A stretch of DNA of 64,000 bases from Anaeramoeba ignava BMAN (Eukaryota; Protista; Anaeramoebae). Position numbers and translations under genes: made by a program. Of this stretch, positions 50,101-62,055 are shown piece after piece (the stretch's first letter is position 1; every line of letters begins with the position of its first letter). The notes below the pieces were generated by a model that saw only the letters and a list, made by a program, of their open reading frames with translations, made no database searches and was not told the DNA's origin. The stretch spans positions 124,001 to 188,000 of the forward strand of contig JAPDFW010000058.1 of the NCBI GenBank assembly GCA_028826165.1, written 5' to 3'.

Positions 50101-50920
50101 AAATATTATTTATTTAAATTAAAAATAAAAATATTTAATAAATTTATTTTAATATTTTTAATAATAATATATTATAATTTATTTATATTTTAATTTAAAA
50201 TATATTTTATATAAAATATAATTAAATTAATTAAATTAAATATATATTAAATATTTATATAAAATAATTAAAAATATTTTATTCCACTTTTTATTTAATA
50301 AATTTATATAAATAATTTTAATAATTTTATATTATTATTTATTTATAAATTTATACCATTTGTGCTATAGGCTCTTTATTTAAATATTTAATTTAAATTT
50401 TCTTATTTTTATTTTTTTAAAAATATTATTTATTTAAATTAAAAATAAAAATATTTAATAAATTTATTTTAATATTTTTAATAATAATATATTATAATTT
50501 ATTTATATTTTTATTTAAAATATATTTTATATAAAATATAATTAAATTATTTAAATTAAATATATATTAAATATTTATATAAAATAAATAAAATATTTTA
50601 TTCCACTTTTTAATAAATTTATATTAATATTTTTAATAATTTTATATTATTATTTATTTATAAATTTATACCATTTGTGCTATAGGCTCTTTATTTAATT
50701 ATTTAATTTAAATTTTCTTATTTTTATTTTTTAAAAATAATATTTATTTAAATTAAAAATAAAAATATTTAATAAATTTATTTTAATATTTTTAATAATA
50801 ATATATAATAATTTATTTATATTTTTATTTGAAATATAATTTATATAAAATATAATTAAATTATTTAAATTAAATATATATTAAATATTTATATAAAATA
50901 AATGAAATATTTTATTCCAC
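47158..50920 (-). repeat. ~320-bp tandem array upstream of tRNA-Trp; each unit is AT-rich flank plus tRNA nt 1-21
   Basis: ccatttgtgctataggctc occurs at 47160 (in the tRNA), 47481, 47803, 48123, 48446, 48765, 49091, 49412, 49732, 50036, 50356 and 50671. Confidence 0.95.
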
Positions 50921-51123
50921 TTTTTTTTTTTAAATTAAATTAAAGAGTTTTTGTTCTTGAATTTATTTTTCCTTGGTTGAAATAAAAAAAAATAAATGAA
51001 AGAAAGAAAAAAATAAATGAAAGAAAATAAATGAAAAGAAAATAAAAGAGATCAAAACTGTTGATAAATTTTTTTGGATTTTGGAAAGTTTGATCAAAAA
51101 AATGAATAGAATTTTTTTGAGAA

Positions 51124-52330
51124 TTAATTTTGAAAATTCATATTAGGATTTGGTTGAAAATTCATATTAGGATCTGGTTGAAAATTCATATTAGGATCTG
51201 GTTGAAAATTCATATTAGGATCTGGTTGAAAATTCATATTAGGATTTGGTTGAAAATTCATATTAGGATCTGGTTGAAAATTCATATTAGGATTTGGTTG
51301 AAAATTCATATTAGGATCTGGTTGAAAATTCATATTAGGATTTGGTTGAAAGTTCATATTAGGATCTGGTTGATAACTTAGATTAGGTTGTTCAATATTA
51401 TAATTAGGTTGATAAAAAGGTTCTTGTGAATTTTCCAGTGTTTCTTCATGGATTTTTGGTGGTTTGATTGTTGTCTTAGTTGTAGTTGTTGTTGATGTTG
51501 ATGTTGGTGGGTTTTCAGTCATTTGAATTTCTTTTTTATTAAATCTTCCATCGTGATAAACAATTTTTGTTTGACCATCTTTCTCTTTAATCCAAACTCT
51601 TGTTCTTCTCCATCCTTTTTTCTAAATAAAGATTCAAAAAGATTATTTTAATTGATATTTATATTGATATTTAGATTTATATTTTACACGTTTTCGAATC
51701 GCAATTATAATTGCAATAATTACGATTAATCCTACAATCGGAAAAGCAATAATAATAGAAATCTGGAAAAAAAAAAAGAAAGTGGAATGAGATGAAAGGA
51801 AATGAAATATATAATATATATTTTTATTAATTTACTGGAACTGATGTACTTGGTGAAGAATAACTAGGACAAGAATTTTCAATGGAAAAATAATTGGAAC
51901 AAGAACCAGAATCACTTTTTTATCAAAAAGAAAAGAAAAGAAAATATTCGTTTTGTTTTTGTTTTTGAAAATTAATTTCAGAAATAAAAATGATCCAAAT
52001 ATGAAAAAAAAAGGAAAAATTATTTTATTTATTAAAAATTACAAAAAATCAATACAACCTCCTGATGTTTCACACCAAACACAACCAGAAGCTCGACAAC
52101 AACTAGTACAAGTAGTAAAAGAACTAAAAAAGAAAAGGAAAGAAAAAAAGAAAGAAAAAAAAATTTTTGTTTTATTATTTTTTATTATTTATTTTTGTTA
52201 GTTCAATTTTTTTTTGTTGACTCGATCAAAAATAAATTAAATTTTTGAATTAGAAATTATTAACAAACGTTTCACAACCATCTGCAAAAGAGAGTGAAAA
52301 TAAACTTAAAAGAATTAAAAAATTAATCAT
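51124..52330 (-). CDS. Type I membrane protein: signal peptide, Cys-rich PSI-like ectodomain, TM helix, cytosolic tail with NMNFQP[D/N]P repeats; exons 52330-52269, 52123-52043, 51914-51836, 51762-51688, 51621-51124
   Basis: The spliced frame reads MINFLILLSLFSLSFA-DGCETSFTTCTSCCRASGCVWCETSGGCID...C...SCP...ISIIIAFPIVGLIVIIAIIIAIRKRKKG. All junctions are GT-AG and in phase. Confidence 0.75.
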
Positions 52331-52423
52331 TTTTATTATTTAAGAAAAATAAAAATAAAATGTGGAAAAATGAAATGGGGAAATGATAAAAATATTTTTT
52401 TCTTTTTATTATTTGTTTATTTA

Positions 52424-53650
52424 TAAATCAATTTAAAATATAATTTATATAAAATATAATTAAATTAATTAAATTAGATATTTATTAAATATTTATATAA
52501 ATTAATTAAAATATTTAATAAATTTATTTTAATATTTTTAATAATAATATATTATTATTTATTTATAAATCAATTTAAAATATAATTTATATAAAATATA
52601 ATTAAATTATTTAAATTAAATATATATTAAATATTTATATAAATTAATTAAAATATTTAATAAATTTATTTTAATATTTTTAATAATAATATATTATTAT
52701 TTATTTATAAATCAATTTAAAATATAATTTATATAAAATATAATTAAATTATTTAAATTAAATATATATTAAATATTTATATAAAATAATAAAAATATTT
52801 AATAAATTTATATTAATATTTTTAATAATAATATATTATTATTTATTTATATTTTAATTTAAAATATAATTTATATAAAATATAATTAAATTATTTAAAT
52901 TAAATATATATTAAATATTTATATAAATTAATTAAAAACATTTAACTAATTTATTTTAATATTTTTAATAATAATATATTATTATTTATTTATATTTTAA
53001 TTTAAAATATAATTTATATGAAATATAATTAAATTATTTAAATTAAATATATATCAAATATTTATATAAAAATAATTAAAATATTTAATAAGTTTATATT
53101 AATATTTTTAATAATAATATATTATTATTTATTTATATTTTAATTTAAAATATAATTTATATAAAATATAATTAAATTATTTTAAATTAAATATATATTA
53201 AATATTAATATAAATTAGTTAAAAATATTTAATAAATTTATTTTAATATTTTTAATAATATTATATTATTATTTATTTATATTTTAATTTAGAATATAAT
53301 TTATATAAAAATATAATTAAATTATTTAAATTAAATATATATTAAATATTTATATAAATTAATTAAAATATTTAATAGGTTTATTTTTAATATTTTTAAT
53401 AATATTATATTATTATTTATTTATATTTTAATTTAAAATATAATTTATATAAAATATAATTAAATTATTTTAAATTAAATATATATTAAATATTAATATA
53501 AATTAGTTAAAATATTTAATAAATTTATTTTAATATTTTTAATAATATTATATTATTATTTATTTATATTTTAATTTAGAATATAATTTATATAAAATAT
53601 AATTAAATTATTTAAATTAAATATATATTAAATATTTATATAAATTAATT
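52424..53650. repeat. ~143-bp AT-rich tandem array (~9 copies), homologous to part of the 320-bp tRNA-flank unit
   Basis: aatataatttatataaaatataattaaatta.ttaaattaaatatatattaaatattt recurs every ~142-144 bp and occurs in each 320-bp unit. Confidence 0.85.
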
Positions 53651-53777
53651 AAAAATTTTTTTTTCTTTTTTAGTAATTATTATTAATTTTTAGTAATTTT
53701 TAATAATTTAAAAAAAAAAAATGAAAAAATAAAATTTTTTTTAAATTTTTTTTTCTTTTTTTTATCGTCTTTTTTAA

Positions 53778-53850
53778 CTCTTCTGAACGGTCAAGTGTTA
53801 GATTTTCTTTCTTTTTAGTAAAAATGAAATACACTTAACAAATCGAAGAG
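53778..53850 (-). ncRNA. Candidate structured RNA hairpin (unassigned)
   Basis: On the minus strand: CTCTTC/GAAGAG, GTTAAGTGT/ACACTTGAC (one G-U pair), TTTC/GAAA and TTTTT/AAAAA stems. It is a GC-richer island in an AT desert. Confidence 0.35.
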
Positions 53851-54014
53851 GAGATTTTTTTTTTAAAATAACACTTAAAATTTAAAATATAAATTGAAAA
53901 AAAGAAAAATTAAATTTTGTTTTGTTTTGATTTATTGATTATTTTTTTTTTTCAATCCACTTTTTTTCTGTTCATTTAATTCAAAATTAAAAAATGAGAA
54001 AAATAAAAAATAAA

Positions 54015-56341
54015 TTATCTTCCAGTTTCTCTTTTTCTTGCTTTAGAAAGAAAATAAACAGAAAAACTCCAAGTTATCAAAATAAAAGCAAGCATAAGAA
54101 GAGCATTTTCCCAATAATTAACATTATAAAAACGGTTCAATTTAAGGAATTGTTCACCAGTAGTAATAGGACAAACGCCTTGAACTAATTCAGATTGAGT
54201 ACAAGTAAATTTAAGTCCAGTAAATTCATTTTTGACAACAACAAAAAAAGAATACTTGATTGGATCAATATATTGAATCCAAGAAAGAGCTTTAGTGATA
54301 TTATCCAAATTAATCATGAATCCACAAAAAATAATCATTGGAACAAGCATAACTGGTGCAATTATAAGTGCTGTTTCAGGAGTTCTTGTTGCAGCAGAAA
54401 CCATCAATCCAAAAGCACTTCCTGCGACTGAGGAAAGAATACAAAACAAAATAAGAATAAACCAATGTTTTGGATTTGTTTGTAATCCTGTTATTGGTGT
54501 AATTATAATTGAGATGATAGTTGGTACAAGGATTGCAAATGGAAGATCTGTTAAAACTTTAGAAATGAAAAAACAAACTGTTGGATATGCTGAATCCATT
54601 GATTCTCGAAGAAAAACTGCTTTTTCTTTTGGTAAAACAAATAATACTGATATTATTGATAATAACATTTGACTCAAAATTGTAAAAAATAAAATTCCCA
54701 TTCTATCCATTAATCCACTTTGCTTGTTTGATATTCCTGAAAAAACCCATCCAACAAAACATGCTAATAATGCAGGTTGAAGAAGTCTTTGAATAACATA
54801 TCTTTTTTGATTTCTCAATCCATAAAATCCTCTTTTGGTTAATATTAATGTTTTCCTGAATAAATTTACTGGTCTTTCCAAATGAAGATCCATTTTTTGT
54901 TTTGGAATTTTCATTGATAATGTTTTTTTCATTAAGTCCGAATCATTATAATATTTAACAAGTGATTTAATAAATTCTAATGTTCCAACTTCTCCTTTAA
55001 TTATTTCATTTGAATTGTTTTGAATAAAATTAGGATTTGCAATTTTAGGAATATCAACATCTTCAAAATCATCTGGAATATCTTGAATTTCTAAATCATC
55101 TTCTTTATCTTTATCAACTTCATTTAAATCAATTTCTTTTTTATCATCTTTTTTATCATCTTTTTCTTCATGAATAATATCTAATTGAATTTCATCTTTT
55201 TGATAAACTGATAATTCTTTACTTAATTTATTAATTGTTTCTTCTTTTTTTAATTCTCCTTCTGAAAGTGAAACTAAATCAATTATCCAATCTGCAAGAT
55301 TTGTATTTCTTGGTGGATAAAAATCAATTGCTGAAAAATAATTTTCAATTTCATTAATAGGTCCAAAATAAACTAATTTTCCATGTGAAAGAAGAACTAA
55401 ATAATCAAATAATTCAAATATTGATTGTCTTGGTTGATGAATTGTTGAAATAATTGTTCTTCCATCTTTGGTTAAATCTTTTAAAATTGATGTGCATAAA
55501 TAAGCTGTTTGTGCATCTAATCCTCTTTTTTTTTGAAAAGAGAAATTAAATATTTTGATTTTGATTTTGATTTTGATTTTGAATTTTGATTTTGATTTTG
55601 ATTTTGAATTTTGATTTTGATTTTAAATTTGATTTTGATTTTAAATTTGATTTTGATTTTGATTTTGATTTTAATTTTGATTTTGATTTTGATTTTAATT
55701 TTGATTTTGATTTTGATTTTAAATTTGATTTTAAATTTACGAAGTTGGTTCATCAACAAGAATAACACTTGGATTTGTAACAAGTCCCATTCCAATATTA
55801 ACTCTTTTCATTTCTCCTCCACTAATTCCTCTTTTTATTCCTGATTCTGGTGATCCAACAATAGTATCAGCACAATGTTCAATTTGTAAACTTTTCAAAA
55901 TATTTTCAACAATTTGATTTTTTTCTTGTTTTTTAATTGTTTTCGGAAGTCTTAAATCAGCAACAAATCTTAAAATTTGACGAGGAGTTAAATTAGTATG
56001 CATTGTATCTTGTTGAGTAACATATGAAAGAATTTTATTAATTCTATTTGAATGAGGTTCATTTCCAAATAAAATTGAACCTTCAGATTTTCCTGAAACT
56101 CTTCCAGCAATTGAATTTAAAAGAGTTGTTTTCCCTTTTGATTTTTTATTTATTAAATCCAAAATCCAAATTTTTAAATTAAAATTAAATTACCAGCACC
56201 AGATGCACCAATTATTGCAACTAAAGAACCTGATGGAATTGATAAATTAATATGATCTAAAATTGTTTTATATCCTTTTTTTGTTTTAACATTAAATGAA
56301 TAATCTCTAACAAATATTGGAATTTTGGTTATTTCACTCAT
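54015..56341 (-). CDS. ABCG (White-like) half transporter, copy A; 2 introns
   Basis: GASGAG|KTTLL, ISGGEMKRV, ILVDEPTS|GLD, STIHQP, NBD-then-TMD order with the EKAVFLRE motif. Confidence 0.92.
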
Positions 56342-56703
56342 TTCTTTTTCTTTTTTAAATTTAATTTAAATTTAAATTTAAATTTTGTTTGATTTTTGTT
56401 TAAAAAAAAATCTAATCAAAAAATAAATGAAAAATTTTTTCAGATTAAAAACTTCTTTTAAATATAGAATTGAAAACGTGTTATTTTGTTTTGTTGACTG
56501 GATTATTTCTGATCAAAAAAGATTAACACGTAATCATTTATTTAAATTTTTTGCTCTTTTTAAAATTCTTCAAATTATTAAGAAAATCTTATTTTTTAAT
56601 TTTAAAAAATAAATTAAAAAATTAAATTTTGTTTTGTTTTGATTTATTTTTTGATTTATTGATTTTAATTCAAAATTAAAAAATGAGAAAAATAAAAAAT
56701 AAA

Positions 56704-59100
56704 TTATCTTCCAGCTTCTCTTTTTCTTGCTTTAGAAAGAAAATAAACAGATAAACCCCAAGAAAGCAAAATAAAAGCAATTATAAAAAGAGCATTTTCC
56801 CAATAATTAACATTATAAAAACCTTTCAATTTAAGGAATTGTTCACCAGTAGTAATAGGACAAACACCTTGAACTAATTCAGATTGAGTACAAGTAAATT
56901 TAAGTCCAGTAAATTCATTTTTGACAATAGAAGCAAAAGAATACTTGAGTGGATCAATATACTTAATCCAAGAAAGAGCTTTAGTGATATTATCCAAATT
57001 AATCACAAATCCACAAAAAATAACCATTGGGATAAGCATAGAAGGAGCAATTAAAAGCGCTGCTTCAGGAGTTCTTGTTCCAGTTGAAATCATCAATCCA
57101 AAAGCACTTCCTGCATTTGCTGAAAGAATACAAAACAAAATTAAAATTAACCAATGTTTTGGATTTGTTTGTAATCCTGTTATTGGTGTAATTATAACTG
57201 CAAATATTGTTGGAACTAAAATTTCAAATGGTAGATCTGTTAAAACTTTGGAAATGAAAAAACAAACTGTTGGATATGCTGAATCCATTGATTCTCGAAG
57301 AAAAACTGCTTTTTCTTTTGGTAAAACAAATAATACTGATATTATTGGGATCATCATTTGACTTAATCCAATAAAGAAAAGTAATCCTATTTTATCACTT
57401 ATACCACTTTGATTGTTTGATATTGCTGAGAAGACCCATGCAACAATACAAGCAGAAATGGCTGGTTCAAGAAGTCTTTGGAGAACATATCTTTTTTGAT
57501 TTCTTAATCCATAAAATCCTCTTTTGGTTAATATTAATGTTTTCCTGAATAAATTTACTGGTCTTTCCAAATGAAGATCCATTCTTTGTTTTGGAATTTT
57601 CATTGATAATGTTTTTTTCATTAAATTTGAATTATTATAATATTTAACAAGTGATTTAATAAATTCTAATGTTCCAACTTCTCCTTTAATTATTCCATTT
57701 GAATTATTTTGAATAAAATTAGGATTTGTGATTTTATCAAGATCAATTTCTTCAAAATCATCTGGAATATCTTGAATTTCTAAATCATCTTCTTTATCTT
57801 TATCAATTTCGTTTAAATCAATTTCGTTTAAATCAATTTCATTTTTATCATGAATAATATCTAATTGAATTTCATCTTTTTGATAAACTGATAATTCTTT
57901 ACTTAATTTATTAATTGTTTCTTCTTTTTTTAATTCTCCTTCTGAAAGAGAAACTAAATCAATTAACCAATCTGCAAGATTTGTATTTCTTGGTGGAAAA
58001 AAATTCATTTTTGCAAAATAATTCTCAATTTCATTAATAGGTCCAAAATAAACTAATTTTCCATGTGAAAGAAGAACTAAATAATCAAATAATTCAAATA
58101 TTGATTGTCTTGGTTGATGAATTGTTGAAATAATTGTTCTTCCATCTTTGGTTAAATCTTTTAAAATTGATGTGCATAAATAAGCTGTTTGTGCATCTAA
58201 TCCTCTTTTTTTTTTGAAAAGAGAAATTAAATATTTTGATTTTAATTTTGATTTTGATTTTAAATTTGATTTTGATTTTGATTTTAATTTTGATTTTGAT
58301 TTTGATTTTAATTTTAATTTTGATTTTGATTTTGATTTTGATTTTGATTTTGATTTTGATTTTGATTTTGATTTTGATTTTGAATTTTGATTTTGATTTT
58401 AATTTTGATTTTGATTTTGATTTTGATTTTGATTTTGATTTTGATTTTAAATTTGATTTTAAATTTACGAAGTTGGTTCATCAACAAGAATAACACTTGG
58501 ATTTGTAACAAGTCCCATTCCAATATTAACTCTTTTCATTTCTCCTCCACTAATTCCTCTTTTTATTCCTGATTCTGGTGATCCAACAATAGTATTAGCA
58601 CAATGTTCAATTTGTAAACTTTTCAAAATATTTTCAACAATTTGATTTTTTTCTTGTTTTTTAATTGTTTTCGGAAGTCTTAAATCAGAAACAAATCTTA
58701 AAATTTGACGAGGAGTTAAATTAGTATGCATTGTATCTTGTTGAGTAACATATGAAAGAATTTTATTAATTCTATTTGAATGAGGCTCATTTCCAAATAA
58801 AATTGAACCTTCGGATTTTCCTGAAACTCTTCCAGCAATTGAATTTAAAAGAGTTGTTTTCCCTTTTGATTTTTTATTTATTAAATCCAAAATTAAAATT
58901 AAAAATAAAATAAAATTAAATTTAAAATAAAATAAAATTTAAATTAAATTACCAGCACCAGATGCACCAATTATTGCAACTAAAGAACCTGATGGAATTG
59001 ATAAATTAATATGATCTAAAATTGTTTTATATCCTTTTTTTGTTTTAACATTAAATGAAAAATCTCTAACAAATATTGGAATTTTGGTTATTTCACTCAT
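56704..59100 (-). CDS. ABCG half transporter, copy B
   Basis: Same motifs and intron positions as copy A; ATG at 59100. Confidence 0.92.
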
Positions 59101-59461
59101 TTCTTTTTCTTTTTTAAATTTAATTTTAATTTAAATTTAAATTTGAATTTTGTTTATTATTTTTGCTAAATGAAAAAAATGAAAAACCATTTCCAAAATT
59201 AAAATTTTAAATTAAAAAGATCTTTTTAATTTTTTTCTCTTTAAAAATTAAAAAGGAAATTGTTAATTGAACAAAAAAGATTAACACGTAATCAATTATT
59301 TAAATTTTTTGCTCTTTTTAAAATTCTTCAAATTATTAAGAAAATCTTATTTTTTAATTTTAAAAAATAAATTAAAAATTTAATTTTGTTTTGCTTTGAT
59401 TTATTGATTGATTTATTGATTTTCAATCCAAAATTAAAAAATGAGAAAAATAAAAAATAAA

Positions 59462-61687
59462 TTATCTTCCAGCTTCTCTTTTTCTTGCTTTAGAAAGAAA
59501 ATAAACAGATAAACCCCAAGAAAGCAAAATAAAAGCAATCATAAAAAGAGCATTTTCCCAATAATTAACATTATAAAAACCTTTAAATTTAAGGAATTGT
59601 TCACCAGTAGTAATAGGACAAACACCTTGAACTAATTCAGATTGAGTACAAGTGAATTTAAGTCCAGTAAATTCATTTTTGACAAGAACAAAAAAAGAAT
59701 ACTTGACTGGATCAATATATTGAATCCAAGAAAGAGTTTTAGTGATATTATTCAGATCAATCATGAATCCACAAAAAATAATCATTGGAACAACCATAAC
59801 TGGCGCCATCGTAAGTGCTATTTCAGGAGTTCTTGTTGCAGCTGAAATCATCAATCCAAAGCCACTTCCTGCATTTGCTGAAAGAATACAAAACAAAATT
59901 AGAATTAAAAGTTGTTTTGGATTTGTTTGTAATCCTGTTATTGGTGTAATTATAACTGCAAATATTGTTGGAACTAAAATCCCAAATGGTAAATCTGTTA
60001 AAACTTTGGAAATGAAAAAACAAACTGTTGGATATGCTGAATCCATTGATTCTCGAAGAAAAACTGCTTTTTCTTTTGGTAAAACAAATAATACTGCCAT
60101 TATTGATAATAAGATTTGACTCAAAAGAATAAAAAACAAAATCCCCAGTCTATCCATTAATCCACTTTGATTACTTGGAATTCCTGAAAAAATCCATCCA
60201 ACAAAACATGCTAATACTGCAGGTTGAAGAAGTCTTTGAATAATATATCTTTTTTGATTTCTTAATCCATAAAATCCTCTTTTGGTTAATATTAATGTTT
60301 TTTTGAATAAATTTACTGGTCTTTCCAAATGAAGATCCATTTTTTGTTTTGGAATTTTCATTGATAATGTTTTTTTCATTAAATTTGAATTATTATAATA
60401 TTTAACAAGTGATTTAATAAATTCTAATGTTCCAACTTCTCCTTTAATTATTCCATTTGAATTATTTTGAATAAAATTAGGATTTGTGATTTTATCAAGA
60501 TCAATTTCTTCAAAATCATCTGGAATATCTTGAATTTCTAAATCATCTTCTTTATCTTTATCAACTTCATTTAAATCAATTTCATTTAAATCAATTTCAT
60601 TTTTATCATGAATAATATCTAATTGAATTTCATCTTTTTGATAAACTGATAATTCTTTACTTAATTTATTAATTGTTTCTTCTTTTTTTAATTCTCCTTC
60701 TGAAAGAGAAACTAAATCAATTAACCAATCTGCAAGATTTGTATTTCTTGGTGGAAAAAAATTCATTTTTGCAAAATAATTCTCAATTTCATTAATAGGT
60801 CCAAAATAAACTAATTTTCCATGTGAAAGAAGAACTAAATAATCAAATAATTCAAATATTGATTGTCTTGGTTGATGAATTGTTGAAATAATTGTTCTTC
60901 CATCTTTGGTTAAATCTTTTAAAATTGATGTGCATAAATAAGCTGTTTGTGCATCTAATCCTCTTTTTTTTTTGAAAAGAGAAATTAAATATTTTGATTT
61001 TGATTTTGATTTTGATTTTGATTTTGATTTTGATTTTGATTTTGATTTTGAATTTACGAAGTTGGTTCATCAACAAGAATAACACTTGGATTTGTAACAA
61101 GTCCCATTCCAATATTAACTCTTTTCATTTCTCCTCCACTAATTCCTCGTTTTATTCCTGATTCTGGTGATCCAACAATAGTATCAGCACAATGTTCAAT
61201 TTGTAAACTTTTCAAAATATTTTCAACAATTTGATTTTTCTCTTGTTTTTTAATTGTTTTTGGAAGTCTTAAATCAGAAACAAATCTTAAAATTTGACGA
61301 GGAGTTAAATTAGTATGCATTGTATCTTGTTGAGTAACATATGAAAGAATTTTATTAATTCTATTTGAATGAGGTTCATTTCCAAATAAAATTGAACCTT
61401 CGGATTTTCCTAAAACTCTTCCAGCGATTGAATTTAAAAGAGTTGTTTTCCCTTTTGATTTTTTATTTATTAAATCCAAAATCCAAATTTTTAAATTAAA
61501 ATTAAATTAAAAATAAAAATAAAATTAAAATTAAATTACCAGCACCAGATGCACCAATTATTGCAACTAAAGAACCTGATGGAATTGATAAATTAATATG
61601 ATCTAAAATTGTTTTATATCCTTTTTTTGTTTTAACATTAAATGAAAAATCTCTAACAAATATTGGAATTTTGTTTATTTCACTCAT
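59462..61687 (-). CDS. ABCG half transporter, copy C
   Basis: Same motifs and intron positions as copy A; ATG at 61687. Confidence 0.92.
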
Positions 61688-62055
61688 TTCTTTTTCTTTA
61701 ATTTAAATTTAATTTAAATTTGAATTTTGTTTATTATTTTTGCTAAATGAAAAAAATGAAAAACCATTTCCAAAATTAAAATTTTAAATTAAAACAACAT
61801 ATTTTGTTTATTATTGAAAAGGATTATTTGCGATCAAAAAGAAAACTATCAAAAAATAATAAAAAAAAATTAACACGTAATCAATTATTTAAATTTTTTG
61901 CTCTTTTTAAAATTCTTCAAATTATTAAGAAAATATTATTTTTTAATTTTAAAAAATAAATTAAAAAATTAAATTTTGTTTTGCTTTGATTTATTGATTG
62001 ATTTTTTGATTTTCAATCCACTTTTTTTATTTGAATTCAAAAAAAATCTAAAAAA

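Noticed and set aside
47158-50920. CRISPR-like array (regularly spaced identical 21-mers)
   Set aside because: The intervening ~300-bp sequences are near-identical to each other rather than unique spacers. The repeat is a tRNA fragment, and there are no cas genes.
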